A stretch of 10,126 nucleotides of DNA from Candidatus Krumholzibacteriia bacterium (GTDB lineage Bacteria; Krumholzibacteriota; Krumholzibacteriia; LZORAL124-64-63), in NCBI GenBank assembly GCA_036351155.1, contig JAZBOO010000143.1:1-10126 (forward strand), written 5' to 3'. The position numbers and the translations under genes were made by a program. The notes below the pieces were generated by a model. It had not been told where the DNA came from, made no database searches, and worked only from the letters and a program-made list of their open reading frames with translations. Shown piece after piece: positions 1-5,381 of this stretch; position 1 is the first letter of the stretch, and each line of letters starts with the position of its first letter.

Positions 1-67
1 CCTTGCATCAGGTGTATAGTCCGCGCAACCCGCGCATTCGTTTCCCCAGGGACGAAAGGACCAACCC

Positions 68-1363
68 ATGCTCGAAAAACTGTTCAAACTGGAGGCGAAC
101 AAGACCACGCCCTCCCGTGAAGTCGCCGCCGGCGTGACGACCTTCTTGACCATGGGCTATATCATCTTCGTCAATCCCAACATTCTCAGCGCCACCGGCA
201 TGGACAAGGGCGCGCTGATCACGGCCACCATTCTGGCGGCGGCTCTGGGTACCATCCTGGCCGGGCTCTGGGCCAATGTGCCCTTCGCCATGGCGCCGGG
301 CATGGGGTTGAACGCGTTTTTTGCCTTCACTCTGGTGCTGGGCAAGGGGGTGACCTGGCAGACGGCTCTGGGGGTGGTGTTCGTCTCCGGTGTTTTCTTC
401 CTGCTGTTGACTGTGCTCGGGGTGCGCAAGTACGTGATCGCCGCCATACCCTTCGAGTTGCGGCTGGCCATCGCGGCGGGAATCGGGCTGTTCATCACGT
501 TCATCGGGTTCCAGGGATTGGGTCTGATCGTGAACAACGATGCGGTTCTGGTGGGCCTGGGGTCCATGTCCCGCCCGGTGGTGCTTGGGTTGATCGGCCT
601 GCTGGTCATCACCATCCTGGAGATCCGCAAGGTGCAGGGGTCCATTCTCATCGGCATCCTCGTGACCACCATCCTGGGTCTGGTCTTCAAGGAAGTGACC
701 ATGCCCAGCTCGCTGGTCGGCGCACCGCCCAGCATCGCGCCCATCTTCCTGCAGATGGACATCGGCAGCGCCCTGAAAATGGGCATGTGGGGAGCCATCT
801 TCTCGTTCATGTTCGTGGATCTTTTCGACTCGGTGGGCACCATCGTGGCTTGCTCATACGAGGCGGGCCTGGTCAATGAAGACGGCTCCATCGATCGCCT
901 CGACCGCGTGCTTGAGGCCGACGCGGTGGCCACCATTGCCGGGTCCTTGCTGGGCACCAGCACCACGACCACGTACATCGAATCGGGAGCGGGCATCGCG
1001 GGGGGCGCACGCACGGGCCTGGCCAATGTGGCCACCGGGGTGTTGTTCCTGCTGGCATTGTTCATCACGCCGATCATCGGCATAGTTCCGGCTTTTGCCA
1101 CGGCACCCGCCTTGATCATCGTGGGTGTGTACATGTTCAAGAACGTGGCGAACATTGATTTCAAGTCGTTCGAGATCGGCGTGCCCGCCTTCATGACCAT
1201 CATCCTGATGCCGTTGACCTACAGCATCAGCATGGGGCTGGCCTTCGGTTTCATCGCCTACATCGTGACCACGGCGGCGGCCGGCAAGGTCGGGAAGATT
1301 CACCCCTTCATGTGGGGTATCGGGGCGTTCTCGGTGCTGGATATCGTGCTGACTACTCTGTAA
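68..1363 (+). CDS. NCS2 family purine (guanine/hypoxanthine/adenine) permease, AzgA/PbuG-like
   Basis: 431 aa, highly hydrophobic. Family motifs: EVAAGVTTFLTMGYIIFVNP, APGMGLNAFF, FDSVGT, TTYIESGAG..GGARTG, MPLTYSISMG. SD AAAGGA at 55-60. Confidence 0.95.
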   Translation: MLEKLFKLEANKTTPSREVAAGVTTFLTMGYIIFVNPNILSATGMDKGALITATILAAALGTILAGLWANVPFAMAPGMGLNAFFAFTLVLGKGVTWQTALGVVFVSGVFFLLLTVLGVRKYVIAAIPFELRLAIAAGIGLFITFIGFQGLGLIVNNDAVLVGLGSMSRPVVLGLIGLLVITILEIRKVQGSILIGILVTTILGLVFKEVTMPSSLVGAPPSIAPIFLQMDIGSALKMGMWGAIFSFMFVDLFDSVGTIVACSYEAGLVNEDGSIDRLDRVLEADAVATIAGSLLGTSTTTTYIESGAGIAGGARTGLANVATGVLFLLALFITPIIGIVPAFATAPALIIVGVYMFKNVANIDFKSFEIGVPAFMTIILMPLTYSISMGLAFGFIAYIVTTAAAGKVGKIHPFMWGIGAFSVLDIVLTTL

Positions 1364-1753
1364 TCATTCCCGTTCTGAGGGATTTGCCCGGGGGCTCGAT
1401 GGTCTCCGGGCTTTTTCATGCAGCGAAAGATCTGGCTGCCCTTCCCTCATCAGGGTGGCCTCCTGGCCCTTGGTCCAGAAGATGAGGCCATTGGCGCTGT
1501 ACTTGGCGCCCGAGGCGGCGGGGACGAGGGGCAATACAACGGTGCCCTCGGGCAGGGTAAGCCAGGCGGACTGGTTCTCGAAGCGCACAACGAACTCCTG
1601 CCCGTCCTTGCTTTCGTAGACGCAGGTAAGCGCCTCAGGAGAGGGGTGAGGGCGGGCACCTTGGGTTGCGGGACTCTTCTGGCTGTCACATCCGGCCCCG
1701 CTCCAGCAAGAAAGAATCAGGCTGCAGAACAGCAGTAAGGCATGGGTTTTCAT
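1364..1753 (-). CDS. mliC: MliC/PliC-family lysozyme inhibitor lipoprotein
   Basis: Start moved to MKTHALLL (ATG 1753; AGGGAAGG upstream). Signal peptide with candidate lipoboxes ILSC and GAGC. Hallmark motifs AASGAKY and FWTKGQEA. Confidence 0.85.
   Translation of the reverse strand: MKTHALLLFCSLILSCWSGAGCDSQKSPATQGARPHPSPEALTCVYESKDGQEFVVRFENQSAWLTLPEGTVVLPLVPAASGAKYSANGLIFWTKGQEATLMREGQPDLSLHEKARRPSSPRANPSERE
1386..1416 (+). terminator. Intrinsic terminator of the permease
   Basis: GCCCGGGGGCT-CGAT-GGTCTCCGGGC stem (11 bp including G-U pairs) followed by TTTTT, 22 nt after the permease stop. Confidence 0.8.
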
Positions 1754-1790
1754 GGCCTTCCCTTGAATGGATACCGGACATCCAAAATCC

Positions 1791-1799
1791 AATATAGCA
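1791..1799 (-). promoter_or_regulatory. Candidate extended -10 promoter for mliC
   Basis: Minus strand reads TG-C-TATATT. A second perfect TATAAT (minus strand) lies at 1813-1818 in the AT-rich divergent spacer. Confidence 0.4.
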
Positions 1800-1848
1800 A
1801 CAAGTTAGAAAGATTATAGCGCGAGACCAGTGAAGATTCCTCCTCAAT

Positions 1849-1878
1849 TTGACAAGCGACAAACCGGGGAATTATGTT
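1849..1878 (+). promoter_or_regulatory. Candidate sigma70 promoter for the polyferredoxin gene
   Basis: TTGACA (1849-1854)-N18-TATGTT (1873-1878), 30 nt upstream of ATG 1909. Confidence 0.45.
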
Positions 1879-1908
1879 CCTGTTTCCACCCCAACCCGGG
1901 ACCATGTC

Positions 1909-3204
1909 ATGCGCTACCTCCCCATCATAATCAGTTGTCTGGTCCTGGTCGCCCACCATTCGCGTGGGGGTGAGCCCGGGCTCATGGGACTGTGGGTGAC
2001 GGTGCCCTTTGCCCTGCTGATGAATCGGCGCTGGGTTGATCGCGCGGTGCAGCTGGTGCTGCTGGGCGGGGCCATCGAATGGGTGCTGACCATTCAGCGC
2101 TTTGTCGAAATCCGCCAGATGATCGGGATGCCCTACACGCGAATGGTCTTGATCCTCGGCGGCGTGGCGCTGTTCACCGTGCTGAGTGGCTTGATGCTGG
2201 AAACCCGGGGCCGCAAGAACCGCTTTCCCCAGGGCGATCCGGTGGGCGCGGGCCTTGGCGCGTTTCTGTTCACCGCGGCCATCCTGGTGCCGGTGCAGGT
2301 GTTTGCGCCTCAGACCGGCCTCCTGGCCGAACGCTTTCTGCCCACGGCCGGCTGGTGGCAGGCTTTCCCCCTGGCCATTTACGCGGGCTGGTTGAGCGAC
2401 CGATTGCGCGATCCCAAGCAGATCAAGCGCCTGCGTCCACGGGTCTGGTTGATCTTCTCGATCATCTTTTTCACCCAGCTGATCCTGGGTGTGGCCGGCC
2501 TGGAAAAACTGCTGATGACCGGCAAGCTTCACCTCCCGGTGCCGGCCTTGATCGCTGCCGGTCCGCTGTATCGCGCGGGCGGATTTTTCATGGCCATCCT
2601 GTTCACCGCGTCGGTGCTGCTGGTGGGCCCGGCCTGGTGCAGCTGGTTGTGCTATATCGGGGCCTGGGACGACCGTCTGTCACGCGCCGTGAAACGGCCC
2701 TCGCGATTGCCGCGGTGGCGCCCCTGGATGCGGGTGATCATTCTGATTCTGGTGTTCGCGGTGGCCTTCTTGCTGGGCCGGCTGGGAGTGTCGGGAATCA
2801 CCGCGGCCTGGCTGGCGGCGGGATTCGGTCTGTTCGGTGTGGGGCTGATGGTGTTCTGGTCGCGCCGCAACGGCAACATGACCCACTGCACGGCCTACTG
2901 TCCCATGGGCTGGGTGGCCACGCGGATGGGGAAGGTGTCGCCCTGGCGATTGACCATCAGCGACGGGTGCACCGACTGCGGGGCCTGCACTCCGGCCTGC
3001 CGCTACGACGCGCTGTATCCCGAGGACGTATTGAATCGCAAGCCGGGCGAAGCCTGCACCCTGTGCGGGGACTGCGTGACCAACTGTCCCACCGGCAGCC
3101 TGCAGTACCGACTGCCGGGAATGGATGCGACCCGTGCCCGCACCGTGTTCTTCGTGATGGTGGCAGCCATGCACGCGGCCTGGATTGGCGTGGCGCGGCT
3201 TTAG
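1909..3204 (+). CDS. Membrane-bound 4Fe-4S binding protein (polyferredoxin, NapH/MauN-like)
   Basis: Start likely MRYLPIII (1909). Multiple TM helices; GPAWCSWLC and HCTAYCPMG (CxxxC motifs); C-terminal CTDCGACTPAC and CTLCGDCVTNCP, consistent with two [4Fe-4S] clusters. Confidence 0.88.
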   Translation: MRYLPIIISCLVLVAHHSRGGEPGLMGLWVTVPFALLMNRRWVDRAVQLVLLGGAIEWVLTIQRFVEIRQMIGMPYTRMVLILGGVALFTVLSGLMLETRGRKNRFPQGDPVGAGLGAFLFTAAILVPVQVFAPQTGLLAERFLPTAGWWQAFPLAIYAGWLSDRLRDPKQIKRLRPRVWLIFSIIFFTQLILGVAGLEKLLMTGKLHLPVPALIAAGPLYRAGGFFMAILFTASVLLVGPAWCSWLCYIGAWDDRLSRAVKRPSRLPRWRPWMRVIILILVFAVAFLLGRLGVSGITAAWLAAGFGLFGVGLMVFWSRRNGNMTHCTAYCPMGWVATRMGKVSPWRLTISDGCTDCGACTPACRYDALYPEDVLNRKPGEACTLCGDCVTNCPTGSLQYRLPGMDATRARTVFFVMVAAMHAAWIGVARL

Positions 3205-3354
3205 CTCGGGCTGGAACTCCAGGCGACTTCCTCCAGCAATCCACCACTTGATCCTTCCGATAGTTTCCAGTTGAATTCATCGACTTGACCAACGTATATC
3301 AAGGTCAGGTTGAGGTATGGGGTAAGCCGAAGGCAGCAAACCAGGAGGACATTC

Positions 3355-3711
3355 GTGGGTTGGATTCAGTTTCTTCTGATCGGGGCGCTGGGGGGATTGG
3401 TCATGGGGACGGTGGGGGTCGGAGGAGGCGCCATCATCATCTCGGCCCTGTTGCTGGTCGCCAAGTTTCCGCAGAAAATCGCCCAGGGCACCACCTTGCT
3501 GGTGGTGGCCGCACCGGTCAGCCTTCTGGCCGCCTGGAATTACCACCGCAAGGGCAATGTGGACGTCAAGGCGGCGCTTTTGATCATGGTCAGCTTCCTG
3601 GTGTTCAGCTATCTCGGGAGCCAGTTTGCGAACCAATTGCCACGCGAAGTGTTGAAGAATGCGCTGGGTGTGGTATTTGTTCTGATGGGCGCACGCATAC
3701 TCCTTTCCTAG
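3355..3711 (+). CDS. Half-size sulfite exporter TauE/SafE family protein (118 aa)
   Basis: AGGAGG at 3343-3348 before GTG 3355. Motifs GTVGVGGGAII, AQGTTL, YHRKGNVD; about four TM helices. Confidence 0.85.
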   Translation: MGWIQFLLIGALGGLVMGTVGVGGGAIIISALLLVAKFPQKIAQGTTLLVVAAPVSLLAAWNYHRKGNVDVKAALLIMVSFLVFSYLGSQFANQLPREVLKNALGVVFVLMGARILLS

Positions 3712-3727
3712 TTCAGCAGGAACAATT

Positions 3728-3757
3728 CCGAAAGGATTTCCCAGCCCAGGCGTTGGG
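3728..3757 (+). promoter_or_regulatory. Putative ECF sigma promoter, copy 1 (autoregulatory)
   Basis: CCGAAAGGA-N13-GCGTTGGG, equivalent to CGAAAG-N16-CGTT. Boxes and spacing are identical to the copy at 5299-5328. Confidence 0.8.
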
Positions 3758-3770
3758 CTGGAGAGACCGG

Positions 3771-4340
3771 ATGACTCACAGGGACGACGATACGTTGCTG
3801 ATGAACTATGTGGCGGGCGATGAGAACGCCTTGCGTATTCTCGTCGAACGGTGGGAACGCCCGGTTTTTGCGTTCCTGTTCCGCATGCTGGGCTCGGCGG
3901 AGGAAGCAGAGGACCTGTGTCAGGACACCTTTATAAAGCTGATGAAGGCAGCCGAACGCTATCAACCTGGGGGCAAGTTTCAGAGCTGGCTGTTTCGGAT
4001 CGCCGGCAATCAGGCCCGCAGTCGGTTGCGACGGCGCAAGATATTGCGCTGGCTGCCGTTATCCACGGAGCACGACACCACACCCTCCACCGAGCGCGAT
4101 GCCCTCGAATCACTGACCGGCCAGGAGGAGCAGCGGATGGTCCAGGAGGCATTGACCCGGCTCCCCGAGCGCCAGCGTCAGGCTCTGGTATTGAAGCAGT
4201 ATCAGGACTTGAGTTATCAGGAAATCGCCGACACCATGGAAACTTCGGTTTCCTCGGTGCAGATGCTGTTGCACCGGGCCATGGCCGCCTTGAAGGGCGA
4301 TCTGTCCCTGCAACGAAACCTGGGGAGGCATGAACAATGA
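3771..4340 (+). CDS. ECF (sigma-70 group 4) RNA polymerase sigma factor
   Basis: True start MTHRDDDTLL (3771). Region 2: AEDLCQDTF, FQSWLFRIAGN. Region 4: LPERQRQALVL..YQDLSYQEIADTM...SVQMLLHRA. Confidence 0.95.
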   Translation: MTHRDDDTLLMNYVAGDENALRILVERWERPVFAFLFRMLGSAEEAEDLCQDTFIKLMKAAERYQPGGKFQSWLFRIAGNQARSRLRRRKILRWLPLSTEHDTTPSTERDALESLTGQEEQRMVQEALTRLPERQRQALVLKQYQDLSYQEIADTMETSVSSVQMLLHRAMAALKGDLSLQRNLGRHEQ

Positions 4341-4750
4341 CCCTGAACAGCCACCCGGAAGGCGAGATTTTACAGGCCTATCATGACGGGGAGTTGCCGG
4401 CGGCAGAAGCAGCTGAGGTGAGGGCGCACTGCGAACAGTGTGAGGTATGCCGGTCCCAGCTGGCCGACCTGAAAATGATGAACAGCATCCTGGGCTGCCT
4501 TGAGGCCCCTGCCATGTCCGGTTCGGTATGGCCCAGAATTCAGGCGTCGGAAGGTCGCTCCCCTGCCATCAAACCCTCCTGGGGCCTGGTGGCCTGTGCG
4601 GCGGGCATTGCCCTGGGTTTTCTGCTGGGCCCGGTTCAATCCGGACAAGAAAACGCCGCCACCAGTCTGGCCTGGTCGGAAAATGTGACGGTCTGGAATA
4701 CGGACGCCACATCTTCGCTGCTGGGTGTATTCCAGATCACCGCGGAGTAA
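4337..4750 (+). CDS. Zinc-binding anti-sigma factor (zf-HC2/ZAS) with one TM helix
   Basis: ATGA overlap with the sigma stop. LQAYHDGEL, then HCEQCEVC (HxxxCxxC, 4427-4450), TM segment WGLVACAAGIALGFLLG, and a short periplasmic tail. Confidence 0.9.
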   Translation: MTLNSHPEGEILQAYHDGELPAAEAAEVRAHCEQCEVCRSQLADLKMMNSILGCLEAPAMSGSVWPRIQASEGRSPAIKPSWGLVACAAGIALGFLLGPVQSGQENAATSLAWSENVTVWNTDATSSLLGVFQITAE

Positions 4751-4761
4751 TGGAGAAAGTC

Positions 4762-5298
4762 ATGTCCCATCGCATCCTCTATCTGATTCTGGCCGTTTCG
4801 GTGGGTCTGAATATTGGCCTGGTCGGCACCACCCTGATCCACCGCGCCGATCGGGAACCGCATGGTCCGCCACAAGGGCCGGGCCCCAACCAAGGTCCCG
4901 CCGGTGGTCCGGACAATCTGGTGGATGAACATCTCCGTGGGATGACCCGGCACCTTGACCTGGACCAGGAGCAACAGGTGGCCATTCGCCAGATCATGGA
5001 ACATTATGCGTCTGAACTGGCCGTGCTTCAGGACAGGGCGCGGACAGCGGCCGGACGACTGGCGGACGGCTTTGCCCACCCGGTGTTTGAACCTGCGCAT
5101 TTCAAGGAACTGACGGAAGAGGCCAGCTTGGCCCGGGCGCGGGTGGATTCTCTGTCCGGGGTCATGCTGGTGGCCGAAGCCGAGGTCTTGACCCCTGAGC
5201 AGCGGCGGAAGTTCGCTGAAGTGGCGCCCGTCATCCACAGCAGCCCCCGGCGCCCAGGCCGAGGTGGTGGGCCGCCGCCCAGAAAACCGGAAAATTAA
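4762..5298 (+). CDS. Periplasmic heavy-metal-sensor / Spy-CpxP-ZraP-CnrX-like protein
   Basis: GGAG SD at 4752-4755 (alternative coupled ATG at 4750). N-terminal anchor LAVSVGLNIGLVG; two LTxxQ-type motifs (LDLDQEQ, VLTPEQRRKF); Pro/Gly-rich flanks. Confidence 0.85.
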   Translation: MSHRILYLILAVSVGLNIGLVGTTLIHRADREPHGPPQGPGPNQGPAGGPDNLVDEHLRGMTRHLDLDQEQQVAIRQIMEHYASELAVLQDRARTAAGRLADGFAHPVFEPAHFKELTEEASLARARVDSLSGVMLVAEAEVLTPEQRRKFAEVAPVIHSSPRRPGRGGGPPPRKPEN

Positions 5299-5328
5299 CC
5301 GAAAGGAAAGATGAGGTGACGCGTTGGG
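5299..5328 (+). promoter_or_regulatory. Putative ECF sigma promoter, copy 2 (upstream of cotH)
   Basis: CCGAAAGGA-N13-GCGTTGGG begins immediately after the stop at 5298 and ends 53 nt before ATG 5382. Confidence 0.8.
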
Positions 5329-5381
5329 TCTGGTATTGAGTGCTCCGTCACACAAAATACTGACCAAACGAGGTTCCACAC

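Noticed and set aside
1..67. Purine riboswitch upstream of the NCS2 permease
   Set aside because: No purine aptamer consensus is visible. A TATAGT -10-like hexamer at 15-20 implies a short leader, with only a small hairpin (37-56) and a CCGCGCA repeat. An element upstream of the window cannot be excluded.
53..81. Third copy of the ECF motif (CGAAAGGA at 53-60)
   Set aside because: No GCGTT box at the right spacing; it is better explained as the permease SD.
157..1203. 348-aa antisense ORF
   Set aside because: Shadow of the GC-rich permease codons; no family motifs.
1849..1908. TTG start extension of the polyferredoxin
   Set aside because: The TTG is part of a TTGACA -35 candidate; the hydrophobic protein starts at ATG 1909.
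2079..3251. 390-aa alternative-frame ORF and the antisense ORFs over the polyferredoxin
   Set aside because: Arg/Gly/Pro-rich off-frame translations typical of high-GC DNA.
3285..3770. 162-aa N-terminal extension of the sigma ORF (apparent fusion)
   Set aside because: Overlaps tauE out of frame and is not protein-like; the promoter motif and SD support a start at 3771.
4528..4749. N-terminal extension of the periplasmic sensor ORF
   Set aside because: Overlaps the anti-sigma; the membrane anchor and SD indicate a start at 4762 (or 4750).
5316..5351. GTGACG-N24-CGTCAC inverted repeat upstream of cotH
   Set aside because: Only 6-bp arms with a long spacer, and absent from promoter copy 1; likely chance.
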